Positions 39,268 through 48,462 are shown, numbered from the stretch's first letter. The stretch is DNA of 60,346 bases from a virus (IMGVR_UViG_3300045988_141393), one strand, 5' to 3'. The notes: a model not told the origin generated them from the letters alone. Made by a program: numbers and translations.

Positions 39268-39549
39268 TTAGCTATTAATCTTCACTTTTATCGCGAACAC
39301 CTTTACCGGTTTATCACCGAAGTGTGGATGTGTGATTGTTTTTATTTCATATCCGTTATACGGGACGTCAATTCTGCGACTGAAGTCGTCGCGCTTCGGA
39401 TATCCCTTTGTGATAATCAGGCGGTCATATTCCCGGAACATGATTCGCTTATTCCAGTAGTCATTACACAGGCGATACTCTTCCGTTTTCTCTCCGCGAA
39501 TCATGGCATCGAAAAATTCACCTTTAACGGCAAGTTGCAGGTTAGCCAC
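39268..39549 (-). CDS. ASCH/PUA-like domain protein
   Basis: About 93 aa from GTG 39549 preceded by AGGAGG; LAVKGEFFDAMIRGEKTEEYR resembles ASCH-type small proteins. Confidence 0.4.
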   Translation of the reverse strand: MANLQLAVKGEFFDAMIRGEKTEEYRLCNDYWNKRIMFREYDRLIITKGYPKRDDFSRRIDVPYNGYEIKTITHPHFGDKPVKVFAIKVKINS

Positions 39550-40237
39550 GGTTAACCTCCTGCGGCGGTTCTGGTAGAGGCATCCAGTGTGATGGTATCC
39601 ACGACGCACCAGGAATTATCCACCCATCATTAGCGTCAGGATGCCCAGGGATGTAAGTCGCCCATTTCATTCGCCAGTCACCTTTCCTGTCAAACTCCCT
39701 GGCAACAAGAACGGCTGTTTTGCTATCCGGCATTCGCTCACTACAGCTTATCCAACCATCCGGAGTTACCGGAGAGTTGCCAGCCAGTCTACGCAAAACA
39801 GCCTTAACAGCCTCAATACGCTCATCATCGCAACTTTCTGCAGTATCTATGCGGTCGAGCATGATGATGGCGTTATCAATATCAGGATTGCCGGTCCACT
39901 CATTACCGCGATTGGATTCGGCAGCCTGGTTGCACATAATCTCAGGCGTAAGCTCTTTGTAAGCATAAGCAAGAGGCTCTGATGCATTATCCGGCACAAC
40001 CGACGCAGGCGCGGCAGCATAAACAGGAATAACGTCCGCTTGCTCTTTATTGCTTTCATCCGTTAAAGCCCAGAATAATTTCCCGGCAGGATGTTTGAAA
40101 ATATAAGCAACTGGATCTGCTTCCAGCGATGCCAGTGCAATTTCATAAGCCCGGCGTTCAATATTGTCTCGAACGTCCAGGCTGCTGATACGCTCTTTGA
40201 TTTCTTTAATCAGTTCTTTGTCGGTGAAAGTGGTCAT
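39542..40237 (-). CDS. DUF551 domain protein
   Basis: 231 aa from ATG 40237 preceded by AAGGAGAG; C-terminal signature WIPSHWMPLPEPP. Confidence 0.5.
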   Translation of the reverse strand: MTTFTDKELIKEIKERISSLDVRDNIERRAYEIALASLEADPVAYIFKHPAGKLFWALTDESNKEQADVIPVYAAAPASVVPDNASEPLAYAYKELTPEIMCNQAAESNRGNEWTGNPDIDNAIIMLDRIDTAESCDDERIEAVKAVLRRLAGNSPVTPDGWISCSERMPDSKTAVLVAREFDRKGDWRMKWATYIPGHPDANDGWIIPGASWIPSHWMPLPEPPQEVNRG

Positions 40238-40238
40238 A

Positions 40239-40427
40239 TCACTCTCCTTTAGTGCGAAAGTGGTTTTTCCAGCGGTTTTGCGCCGCGCTGGGCTTTTTGC
40301 AAAAACCACAATCCATCATCCCGTAATATTTCATCAACCCCATCCGTCGGTTGCTGAGTCTCACCCACTGCCAGACGCCAGGAGCGTTTCTACGAACTAA
40401 CAGAATCTTTGCTTTACGGTTTTTCAT
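40239..40427 (-). CDS. Small basic protein (MKNRKAK family, copy B)
   Basis: 62 aa; ATGA-coupled to upstream paralogue. Confidence 0.3.
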   Translation of the reverse strand: MKNRKAKILLVRRNAPGVWQWVRLSNRRMGLMKYYGMMDCGFCKKPSAAQNRWKNHFRTKGE

Positions 40428-40600
40428 CTTACAGCGTACCCTTTCTTCCGCCTGTTCTGTGACGCAGTAGGCTTACGCTTTGCGGCAAAAGCCACCTGAC
40501 CAAATGGATGGAGTACCGCTATCTTATGGTTGCTAATAACCAGCTCCACCACACGCACAGGTCGCTGTAAAAAAAGTCGTTTTGCCTTACGGTTTTTCAT
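40424..40600 (-). CDS. Small basic protein (MKNRKAK family, copy A); not in ORF track
   Basis: 58 aa read by eye: MKNRKAKRLFLQRPVRVVELVISNHKIAVLHPFGQVAFAAKRKPTASQNRRKKGYAVR; overlaps neighbours by ATGA. Confidence 0.3.
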   Translation of the reverse strand: MKNRKAKRLFLQRPVRVVELVISNHKIAVLHPFGQVAFAAKRKPTASQNRRKKGYAVR

Positions 40601-40773
40601 CGCTTTGCTCTCCTGCGTCTCTTTGCTGCTCGTCGTGCCGCTGCAATACCGGTATGGCGGCGCTTTGGTGCCGGGATGATGTTGTCAGCCATCAGGACAT
40701 ACGGCTTTGCAATTAGCGCAGAAGCCCAAAAACGAGTCGGGTACGGTAACAAGCCGATACATGCCACACGCAT
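40597..40773 (-). CDS. Small protein with hydrophobic N-terminus and poly-basic C-terminus; not in ORF track
   Basis: 58 aa read by eye: MRVACIGLLPYPTRFWASALIAKPYVLMADNIIPAPKRRHTGIAAARRAAKRRRRAKR; TAATG overlap with upstream gene. Confidence 0.25.
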   Translation of the reverse strand: MRVACIGLLPYPTRFWASALIAKPYVLMADNIIPAPKRRHTGIAAARRAAKRRRRAKR

Positions 40774-41408
40774 TACTCACCTCCTTTGATGCGAATGCCT
40801 GCGGCGCGGATTGCATCGATGACTTCAGAAACTTTGTATGCCATTACCGTTTGGTAATCATCGTTAAAATCTGTTCGATGAAGCATACTGCTACGTTCCG
40901 GGAGCAGTATTTCCCGCGCTTCCAGTTCTGCTATGCGCTTCTCTGCGGATTCCAGCGCCGCAACCAATTCGTCTACATTTCCGGCAGCTTGCAGTGCGTA
41001 ATCGGTAATAGCCATCTCATGATCAATTTCAGTACCGTTCTCATTCGTTGAGGTGATAGCAAAATAATCAGAGTCGATTTCGTTATCAGCTAAGTGGCGT
41101 AGCGTATCGGCAACAAGCCGGCCGTTTTCGATTAGCAGCTTCCCTACCGTTAGAGCAATATCCTCGTTCTCCTGGTCGCGGCGTTTTATGTATTGCAGGT
41201 TTCTTTCCCGTTCATCCAGTAGTGCCAGCACGGTTTCTGGTCCGGCCAGAAATTTGAAGGCGTTGAGCGCATCAATATCCACACCGTAATCTTTAAGTTC
41301 CTGTTCACTTAACAAATCATCATCAGCTGGCAACATTAACAGGCGTTCCATTGCTGGAATTGCACGTTCCGCCGCCTCACGCAGTGCCTGGTAATTAATT
41401 TTGCTCAC
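40773..41408 (-). CDS. Ead/Ea22-like prophage protein (tentative)
   Basis: 211 aa acidic protein of the kind found in lambdoid early regions. Confidence 0.35.
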   Translation of the reverse strand: MSKINYQALREAAERAIPAMERLLMLPADDDLLSEQELKDYGVDIDALNAFKFLAGPETVLALLDERERNLQYIKRRDQENEDIALTVGKLLIENGRLVADTLRHLADNEIDSDYFAITSTNENGTEIDHEMAITDYALQAAGNVDELVAALESAEKRIAELEAREILLPERSSMLHRTDFNDDYQTVMAYKVSEVIDAIRAAGIRIKGGE

Positions 41409-41694
41409 TGGTTGCCTCCGCTTTCCACGTTTTCAGACTTTCACCACAGAACGGGCAAAATGAAACCCGAATCGGCGATTTAGAAAACTCGCCTGACCGA
41501 AGCATGATCAGATCTTGTGAATGAATTAATTCATGGTTATAGATTTTGTATTTCAGCAGACCTTTTCGCGTCGTGTATTCAGCATCCTGCTCCAGAGATT
41601 GCGCCAGCGCCGCGCACGGTTCTATTTTTCTGTCATTAATCAAACAAGTGGAGATTCTGCACTTTGCAGCTCCGTCACCGTTACCTTGACTCAT
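41395..41694 (-). CDS. Small zinc-ribbon-like protein
   Basis: 99 aa; Cys pairs C..C ... CPFCG. Confidence 0.35.
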   Translation of the reverse strand: MSQGNGDGAAKCRISTCLINDRKIEPCAALAQSLEQDAEYTTRKGLLKYKIYNHELIHSQDLIMLRSGEFSKSPIRVSFCPFCGESLKTWKAEATSEQN

Positions 41695-41707
41695 TGCGTT
41701 GTTTCCA

Positions 41708-42703
41708 TCAGTTATTGAACGTGATCACTCCGCGCTCAATGGCGAAGTCGAAAAGCTGGTTAGCGGCTACGTAAAGGCGGATGCCATGTGCTTTTTCCCA
41801 TGCCCGGACATCGTTTTCTGCGCTTCTGGCGCAGTCATCGCAAAGAGGAACAGCCCAGCGGTCGTGTTCGTTTAACGAGCGGGCGCGGTACATGAATGGG
41901 TGGTTAACTTTGCCACCGCATCCGATGCACGGACGAGAAACCACAAACCGGAGATAAGCCGGGCTTTTACCGAGGACCGCTTTTGGTCGGCGCATATAAA
42001 GCAGGCCGGAATCCTCATCTACAGACAGGTTGACGATCTGCTCTGCGGTTATGTCCACCAGCTCGCGGGTACTGTGCTCCCAGGTGATATCTGATTCTTT
42101 CAGCGTACCGGTAGGGATTTCAGTTTTTGGCTGACAAAATGCAATGCGACCGGCTTCATCTGGCAGCTCATCTTTCAGATTCCGGCGAATGGCCCAAAAA
42201 GTGAGTTCAACCATGCTCAGATCGCGTTCTGGCGGTAGTTTTAACTCGCTCGCAGCCCAGTTCATAACCCAGTTGGCACGATTCAGGGATAACTGGTCGT
42301 CCAGCTTGCTGTACCCCTTCATCATGTATTCCGCATCATGCTTCCAGCACAGGCGAACGGCAGAGCCGTTATAGAAATGAGTGGTTAGCTGGTGGCTGCA
42401 ATCGCGCTTATCGTGCGCCTGGCAATCGTGGATATTGGAACTTACCCAATGAACAAGCGAATCTTCACCGCCCAACGCGTTAAATACGCGCTCGCTTTGA
42501 AAAAACGGTTTCAGGGACTGGTTGGCAACCAGCGAATAATTCAGATCCACTACGCCATCTGGCGTGTTTTCAGCCTGTTCACGCGGAAGTGGGGAGATAA
42601 TGAAACGGCGACCTACGCCAATGTAGTTACTGGTGGGCTTGTCTACCGGAAAGACAGCCACACCAGCTCCGTTTACGAAATGAGGTGTGATTATTGCACT
42701 CAT
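41708..42703 (-). CDS. DUF968-like protein with C-terminal Cys/His cluster (HNH-like)
   Basis: 331 aa; CIGCGG ... H ... C..C cluster near C-terminus. Confidence 0.4.
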   Translation of the reverse strand: MSAIITPHFVNGAGVAVFPVDKPTSNYIGVGRRFIISPLPREQAENTPDGVVDLNYSLVANQSLKPFFQSERVFNALGGEDSLVHWVSSNIHDCQAHDKRDCSHQLTTHFYNGSAVRLCWKHDAEYMMKGYSKLDDQLSLNRANWVMNWAASELKLPPERDLSMVELTFWAIRRNLKDELPDEAGRIAFCQPKTEIPTGTLKESDITWEHSTRELVDITAEQIVNLSVDEDSGLLYMRRPKAVLGKSPAYLRFVVSRPCIGCGGKVNHPFMYRARSLNEHDRWAVPLCDDCARSAENDVRAWEKAHGIRLYVAANQLFDFAIERGVITFNN

Positions 42704-42745
42704 AATGTATACCGACTCTGTTTTGTTCCGAGCGGTAAAATAATA

Positions 42746-42776
42746 TGTTAGAAAACTAAAATCAATGTTCTAACAC
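42746..42776. promoter_or_regulatory. Inverted pair of recurrent motif (candidate operator) upstream of DUF968 gene
   Basis: tgttagaaaa (42746..42755) and tgttctaaca (42767..42776). Confidence 0.4.
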
Positions 42777-42800
42777 ATTTTGAGTGCGTAAATGATTTGA

Positions 42801-43493
42801 TCAGACTTTAAGCTGTCCTCCCTTCACCTGCATTAGCGTCAGGTTTCCGCAAAATACGGCACCAGTGTCGATATACTGCTGATTCCAGAATGTCTTCGGG
42901 CTTTTCACCGGAGTGTGACCAAAGATAAAACGATCTGCGCCCGAAATTTCGCCACCAATATCATCCATCGAATCACTGATACGCTCGCGCGCCCAGACAA
43001 CGTTGAAAAGCGGCACCTCCTTACCGAATTGGTATTCATTATCCGGATAGTCGGCATGGGCTATAACGATAGTTTCATTCCCGGTGTTCAGCTCAATGAT
43101 ATAGGGCAGACGTCTTACCAGCTCCACCAGCGCCCTGGCTAATATTTCCCGATCAGCGTCCAGCATGAAGAACCATTGACCGCCATTCATTAGCCAGTTA
43201 TTCACATTGCCTGCGGGACTTAACGCATCGATCATTAATCGCTCGTGGTTTCCCATAACCGACCGAAACCAGGGCATCTGCAATAGCTCCAGGCATTCAA
43301 CATTTTCGGCGCCGCGATCGATAAGGTCGCCAACCGATATCAGTAAATCCTGTGTCGGGTCAAAATCCACACGATGGAGTTCATTCATAAGTAGGGTGTA
43401 GCAACCGTGCAAATCACCAACAACCCATATGTTTCTGTAGCCTGAACCATCAATACGGCTATATAAATTCACTTCATGCAGAGCCTGGATCAT
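42801..43493 (-). CDS. Ser/Thr protein phosphatase (lambda PPase-type metallophosphoesterase)
   Basis: 230 aa from ATG 43493; motifs GDLHG, GDLIDRG, GNHE. Confidence 0.65.
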   Translation of the reverse strand: MIQALHEVNLYSRIDGSGYRNIWVVGDLHGCYTLLMNELHRVDFDPTQDLLISVGDLIDRGAENVECLELLQMPWFRSVMGNHERLMIDALSPAGNVNNWLMNGGQWFFMLDADREILARALVELVRRLPYIIELNTGNETIVIAHADYPDNEYQFGKEVPLFNVVWARERISDSMDDIGGEISGADRFIFGHTPVKSPKTFWNQQYIDTGAVFCGNLTLMQVKGGQLKV

Positions 43494-43801
43494 GCGGCAA
43501 CCTTCTCCCGCAGCCAGATACAAACTGGACCATCTTCAGTGTCATGAATAGAGCCAACAAACCAGCCTTCACCCTCTGGTCGCTCCGGTTCCCAGGCGGC
43601 AATATCGGGACCAGCTGCGTCCAGATCAAAATCATCTTCATCCATACTGCGAATAGTCCACTGAAGATTATTTTCCTTCATCCAGGCGTCAAATTCCTCA
43701 GTGGATATATATTCACGACCTGCGCAAAACTTTTCATACTCCGGATGTGTCCAGCAGCCATATTCATCACGTTCTACCGGCATTTCTTTAATGATGCTCA
43801 C
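43490..43801 (-). CDS. Hypothetical protein
   Basis: 103 aa; ATGA overlap with downstream phosphatase gene. Confidence 0.35.
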   Translation of the reverse strand: MSIIKEMPVERDEYGCWTHPEYEKFCAGREYISTEEFDAWMKENNLQWTIRSMDEDDFDLDAAGPDIAAWEPERPEGEGWFVGSIHDTEDGPVCIWLREKVAA

Positions 43802-44022
43802 TCTTCATCCTCCAAGTCGGCAACGGCATCCATCACATCCGAACCGCGAATAACCTCAAAAGCACGGCAGGCCATTTCAAACACCTGTTGTTCTTGCGGA
43901 TGCGGTGACTCCCAATACTTAAAACCAGGTCGATGCTCGTAACCCATCATGGAATAAAAATCGCCAGCAAGTTCAATCGCGGCATCAACAAGTTCGCGAT
44001 TTGTCATCGTCTGTTCTGTCAT
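43798..44022 (-). CDS. Hypothetical protein
   Basis: 74 aa ORF in overlapping gene chain. Confidence 0.3.
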   Translation of the reverse strand: MTEQTMTNRELVDAAIELAGDFYSMMGYEHRPGFKYWESPHPQEQQVFEMACRAFEVIRGSDVMDAVADLEDEE

Positions 44023-44294
44023 TTGGTTTTCTCCTGTCTGAACATCACTATCATCAGGTCGCCTTTTGTCGCTATCCTCGCTGTTGTGCCTGGTTCAATG
44101 CGGCTAAGTTCAAATGCGTCATAGAACGCTTCTAATGCCTTCTGGCGTAGTTCCTGTTTGCGCCGTTTTTTCCACTGTTTTAGGAAAATGGAACCCAGCC
44201 ATCGCCATGTGCGGGACATGATGTAAAGCCAACCGAGAAGTGCCAGACCGGAATTTAGGAGCGTATCGATCGTTATTGTCGTGTCGATATTCAC
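44019..44294 (-). CDS. Small membrane protein
   Basis: 91 aa with hydrophobic helix. Confidence 0.3.
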   Translation of the reverse strand: MNIDTTITIDTLLNSGLALLGWLYIMSRTWRWLGSIFLKQWKKRRKQELRQKALEAFYDAFELSRIEPGTTARIATKGDLMIVMFRQEKTK

Positions 44295-44707
44295 TTGCTG
44301 ATTCCTCTTCGAAGCTCATCGGCAAAGTCAGTTGCATGTTCACCGAGTAGTTTCCAGTTATCGCGTATATCAGATGCAAGCGACTGTTCGGATTTTGAGT
44401 TACATTTCTGTGCAAACATCTCCAATCCCTGCGCCCGGACTTCAGCCAGGAAAGCGTCGGTGGCTGGCGTTTCGATATCGTTAATTTCAGGAAGAATCTC
44501 TTCCCATGTGGCGATATCGCCATTCAAATGCCATCCGGCAATTCCACTGGAGTTATCCGCAACACTGCGAACGGCTTCAATAGTTTCATGCATTGCCGCA
44601 TTCTCCGCCGCCAGCGCCGCGCGCTCTTTCTCAAGTCGGGAAATTTCCGTTACATACTCAGCGTTACGCTCTGCCAGTTGTGCGGGCGTTAAACCTTCAG
44701 ACTTCAT
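44291..44707 (-). CDS. Hypothetical protein
   Basis: 138 aa ORF. Confidence 0.35.
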   Translation of the reverse strand: MKSEGLTPAQLAERNAEYVTEISRLEKERAALAAENAAMHETIEAVRSVADNSSGIAGWHLNGDIATWEEILPEINDIETPATDAFLAEVRAQGLEMFAQKCNSKSEQSLASDIRDNWKLLGEHATDFADELRRGISK

Positions 44708-45014
44708 TCACTCTCCTTTCGAAATAAACGTACTGATTAATCATTCCCAGGGGCATTTCGAGTTTTTCTGCGATCTCACGGCGGGGAACACCACACTGAT
44801 GAAGCTGCCGCGCCAGTTCTATATCGCTCTGCCGGTATTTGGCTGACTGGTGAAAGTCTCCTTTCAGAATCATGCTGATCCGCAGTTGCCGCGCTTTAGT
44901 CCTGACTGCGCCACCGGTACGTCCGATCAGTCTCCCAATAGTCTCGACTGTCATAGTCCCGGCGCACTGGCGGAGTATCATGATTTCCGCCCTTCCCCAT
45001 CCCCGCCAGCTCAC
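44697..45014 (-). CDS. Small HTH-containing protein
   Basis: 105 aa; HTH-like segment VPRREIAEKLEMPLGMINQYV. Confidence 0.35.
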   Translation of the reverse strand: MSWRGWGRAEIMILRQCAGTMTVETIGRLIGRTGGAVRTKARQLRISMILKGDFHQSAKYRQSDIELARQLHQCGVPRREIAEKLEMPLGMINQYVYFERRVNEV

Positions 45015-45634
45015 GCCGACATCCTCTGAGACATAAACTCCACAAAACGAACTGCATCTTCAGAAACAACGCCGCATGACTTCAGATAATTCATTGCGTC
45101 ATTAGGTAGCGGATTAGTTGGTTCGGCATTTGCCAGGGATTGAGATAAACGCGTGATTAATTTGACCATTCTCCGCTGTCGGAGGTTGTATCCTTCGGCT
45201 AAAGACAGGTAACTGGAAAGGGTATTGCTTAAGCGAGCGCGAAGCTGATCCGTGCCGTGACATTCAATAGCAACATCACGTAACGCATCGACCAGTTCGC
45301 GGTAAATATGCGCTGCCATTCTGCAATCTGTGTCAGATGGCGCTTCATAAATTACCGTCAGCTCCAGTTTTTCAGCCAGGGCGTGTTCTGCTCGTGCTCC
45401 TGCGGACGCTTCCCAGCCCTTAAGCAGATAGATAGCATCAGCAGAACGCACCATTGCCAGGCAAATATCCATGTATTCACTCTGACAAAGGCCACCAGGT
45501 AACACAGCTGGATTCAGAACGATATGCCCTTCAGCCATCAGCTCGCTCGCTTTCGCATTAAACGCCGCACGGTTGTAATCTGGATAACCAGTCATCGGCC
45601 CCGCGATGTAAATTTTCAAAACTCGTTTCACCAT
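45011..45634 (-). CDS. DUF4406 (nucleoside 2-deoxyribosyltransferase-like) domain protein
   Basis: 207 aa from ATG 45634; KIYIAGPMTGYPDYNRAAF ... AIYLLKGWEASAGARAEHALA. Confidence 0.5.
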   Translation of the reverse strand: MVKRVLKIYIAGPMTGYPDYNRAAFNAKASELMAEGHIVLNPAVLPGGLCQSEYMDICLAMVRSADAIYLLKGWEASAGARAEHALAEKLELTVIYEAPSDTDCRMAAHIYRELVDALRDVAIECHGTDQLRARLSNTLSSYLSLAEGYNLRQRRMVKLITRLSQSLANAEPTNPLPNDAMNYLKSCGVVSEDAVRFVEFMSQRMSA

Positions 45635-45789
45635 CAAAATTTCCCCAGAATCGTGACGCAAAACATAAGCACTGCGAAAAGCTCAATACCAAGCTCAAGT
45701 AGCGCCAACGCCCCGAAAAACAACACATAGAACAGGCCAATCTCATTCACAGATGGCTGGTGGATCGCACTTAAAGCTATAAGCATCAT
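45634..45789 (-). CDS. Small hydrophobic membrane peptide; not in ORF track
   Basis: 51 aa read by eye (MMLIALSAIHQ...VLMFCVTILGKF), GGAGGA RBS, stop overlaps start of DUF4406 gene. Confidence 0.3.
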   Translation of the reverse strand: MMLIALSAIHQPSVNEIGLFYVLFFGALALLELGIELFAVLMFCVTILGKF

Positions 45790-45828
45790 GTCCTCCAAAC
45801 ATTTATCAGTGATGATATTAATGTTTTG

Positions 45829-45838
45829 TGTTAGAAAA
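45829..45838. promoter_or_regulatory. Recurrent TGTTAGAAA motif upstream of ref-like gene
   Basis: tgttagaaaa about 70 bp upstream of 45907. Confidence 0.4.
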
Positions 45839-45906
45839 TCAATTTTGAATATCTAACTGTTTTGATCAATCATAGAAAAATCGTTGAAAAGTAAGAGACT
45901 GCCATC

Positions 45907-46485
45907 ATGCAGAAACAGAGTTATTGGGAGAAACAGAGACAAAAAGCCATGCAAAAATTGGCTGACCCGGCCTGGCGAGAGGAACAAAGGGCAAAGCGCC
46001 TTCAACAAGCTCAACGCCAGCAGCAGCGAGCGAGAGAAAAAGCCGCATCGCCTGAATATCGGCAAAAGAAAATTGAAAAAGCAAAGCAATATGAACAGCG
46101 GAGAAAAGATAAAGCTGTATCCGCTCCGCCCAAGAAAACACGCACGTCACGCGGCCTGAAAGGCAGATCACTCACAGCCGATGAACGCCGGATACAGACC
46201 GCTATCGGTACTCTCCCCTGCATTGCCTGCCATATTCACGGGCAACATAGCCCAGTGGTATCCCTGCACCATATCTTCGGGAGAACGGCAGAGAACGCGC
46301 ATAAATATGTCCTCCCTTTGTGTAAATGGCACCACCAGTACGCAGCGCCAGCCGAGGTCCGAGAACAATATCCCTGGCTGGTCCCGGTTCATGCTGACGG
46401 AAAAATAGGCGGAAAAGCAGATTTCATGCGGCACAATGCCGATGAAATGGCGTTGTATCAGATGGCGATTGAATTGATAAATTAG
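45907..46485 (+). CDS. ref: Ref-like HNH endonuclease (recombination enhancement function family)
   Basis: 192 aa; basic low-complexity N-terminus followed by HNH core CIACHIHGQH ... HHIFG ... CKWHH. Confidence 0.6.
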   Translation: MQKQSYWEKQRQKAMQKLADPAWREEQRAKRLQQAQRQQQRAREKAASPEYRQKKIEKAKQYEQRRKDKAVSAPPKKTRTSRGLKGRSLTADERRIQTAIGTLPCIACHIHGQHSPVVSLHHIFGRTAENAHKYVLPLCKWHHQYAAPAEVREQYPWLVPVHADGKIGGKADFMRHNADEMALYQMAIELIN

Positions 46486-46816
46486 TTTTCTAACATTTTA
46501 AGTTGAATTGAAAAATGCTCCGATGTACATTCACTACCGATTGGCACACCGGTCAACTTTTTGAGACAAACTATTTAGTTTTTCGTATGATTGCCGCCGC
46601 CATACCAATGGCGGTGCAATATAGGTGGCTGAAAAGCCCCCGTTGACTCACGGTGTTCCAGCCTTTATTGCGCCGCCACCAGACCGTGGAACAGTCGATG
46701 GCGGCTCCGAAAGCAAGGAGTCACTACACTATGAACAGCTACTGTCTTTTCCCATCACTCGTTGTCCGCCACTCACGCGATAATCTGCATTCTTTACTCG
46801 CGCTGGGGGTGTCAAA

Positions 46817-46984
46817 ATGACCGTTCGCTACCTCAACTTTCAAATCCAGAACATCACTGGCGGTTGCTATGACTGGTTTGTCGCTCTCGGAAAAGAAGTG
46901 ATCACCGGGAAGCTGGATGAAGTGAAAGCTAAAGCAATGGCCTACGCCTGCAAGCAAGCCCGGAAGAAATCCGCCAAAGCATAA
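46817..46984 (+). CDS. Small hypothetical protein; not in ORF track
   Basis: 55 aa read by eye (MTVRYLNFQIQNITGGCYDWFVALGKEV...), followed by hairpins and terminator. Confidence 0.25.
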   Translation: MTVRYLNFQIQNITGGCYDWFVALGKEVITGKLDEVKAKAMAYACKQARKKSAKA

Positions 46985-47087
46985 AATACTGACTGTTGCG
47001 CCCTGGCATTATCGTGGGGTATATTTCTACGGCACCTTAGAAAAACGGGTGCCGGGATTGGAACCCCGGATAATGCAAAAGGCGACA

Positions 47088-47111
47088 CAGACGCCGAAAG
47101 CGTCTTTTTTT
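47088..47111 (+). terminator. Rho-independent terminator
   Basis: GACGC-cgaaa-GCGTC followed by TTTTTTT. Confidence 0.55.
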
Positions 47112-47149
47112 GTGTCATGCCATCGCACAGCCATACGTAGCGTTTAGCT

Positions 47150-47296
47150 CAGAGATCAATGGTAGTGCTGGCTGGGCTGCCGAAAGGCAGGCCGGTTCCC
47201 TTTTGCGCCGGTAGTTCCAACCCAGTCAGTGCTACCGCCATTGAGATTGGAACCTCACGCGGTAGCTCCTTAAATTAGCAAAAGGAGGCTGCCATT
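47150..47296 (+). ncRNA. Candidate c4-like antisense RNA / structured leader of Icd-Ant module 2
   Basis: Interleaved complementary segments GTTCCAA / TTGGAAC and GCTACCGC / GCGGTAGC upstream of the icd-like start. Confidence 0.3.
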
Positions 47297-47512
47297 ATGG
47301 CTACTACCCCTACCCCAACTCATTCTGAATTTATCTGGCGTTTCTATTCCTGCCAAAAACACCTGTATATCTGCGTCATGGCTGCAACCGAAGCAGAAGC
47401 GCGCTCATACCTTCCCGAAGAACCCTGCATTTTTGCTGCTCGCTTCACTCTTGATGCGATGGAGATCCTCAATTACTGGAATCTGCCAATGAACTGCGTG
47501 GAGGTGCACTGA
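47297..47512 (+). CDS. icd: Icd-like protein, copy 2
   Basis: 71 aa; EFIWRFYS ... AAT-EAEARSYLP; same stop/start overlap with downstream Ant. Confidence 0.5.
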   Translation: MATTPTPTHSEFIWRFYSCQKHLYICVMAATEAEARSYLPEEPCIFAARFTLDAMEILNYWNLPMNCVEVH

Positions 47513-48453
47513 TGAATCTGTCCATCTCTCAAAAAGCGACAATGACCAGTATTGAGATCGCGGAACTGGTAGGAAGTCGCCCAGATAGTGTGAAGAGAAC
47601 TATCGAAACACTGGCTAAAAAGAGTGTGATCCAATTTCCACAATCTGTGGAAATTGAAAATAAACAATCAGTTGGCCCTCGTCGATTTTCCAAGGCTTAC
47701 ATCTTTGAAGGCGAACAAGGCAAGCGTGACAGTATCATTGTCGTCGCACAGCTTTCTCCCGAATTTACCGCCCGGCTGGTGGACCGCTGGCGCGAACTGG
47801 AGAATGCCCGGGTACAGTTAAAATCAAAAGCCGAAATTCTGGCTGAAATGGCGCAAATGCATCTTGAGCATGAACGCCGGATCAACGCCGTTAATGCCCA
47901 GGTAGCCGAAGTATCGGCACAAGTGTCCAAAGTCGCTGAAACCGTCGAGCAAATCAAGAAAGGCAATATGCCGGAAGGCTACATTGGCTACCGCCAGCTG
48001 GCGGCGAAATGTGGCCTGACTGAAGCCAAATGCCGCAACCTTGTCAACGCTTACCGGATTCCCACCGATACGCATGAGTTTTTAACTCCAGATGGTTTGC
48101 TTGCGAGACGCTCCATTGTGGCCCTGGCCCCCTTCCGGAAAGCCTTTAAGCAGGTGATGTCGGAGGCAGAACCACGCAATAAACGCTGGTATCATCCAAA
48201 GATGGGGATGTTTCAGGCAATCCACCATCCTGTGCCTGAAAGCCCAAAGGATAATCTGTCACTACATACCGTCAGAGAGAAGATCAGGACTGGATACGCA
48301 ACAGTGTGTCGTCGTTCTTCCTGGCCTGAAGGTATATGGGTGTGGCCCGAAGGTGGATCACGAAAGCACTGGCGCACTATCCGGGACGGGAAAATCCATG
48401 CTATTGATTTAGCGCCAGAGGATATTGTTGCTACGGACTGGATTGTTAGTTAA
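47512..48453 (+). CDS. ant: Antirepressor (Ant) fused to C-terminal DUF2829-like domain, copy 2
   Basis: 313 aa; Ant blocks shared with copy 1; residues from about 255 onward carry VCRRSSW ... DIVATDWIVS. Confidence 0.55.
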   Translation: MNLSISQKATMTSIEIAELVGSRPDSVKRTIETLAKKSVIQFPQSVEIENKQSVGPRRFSKAYIFEGEQGKRDSIIVVAQLSPEFTARLVDRWRELENARVQLKSKAEILAEMAQMHLEHERRINAVNAQVAEVSAQVSKVAETVEQIKKGNMPEGYIGYRQLAAKCGLTEAKCRNLVNAYRIPTDTHEFLTPDGLLARRSIVALAPFRKAFKQVMSEAEPRNKRWYHPKMGMFQAIHHPVPESPKDNLSLHTVREKIRTGYATVCRRSSWPEGIWVWPEGGSRKHWRTIRDGKIHAIDLAPEDIVATDWIVS

Positions 48454-48462
48454 TTACTGTTG

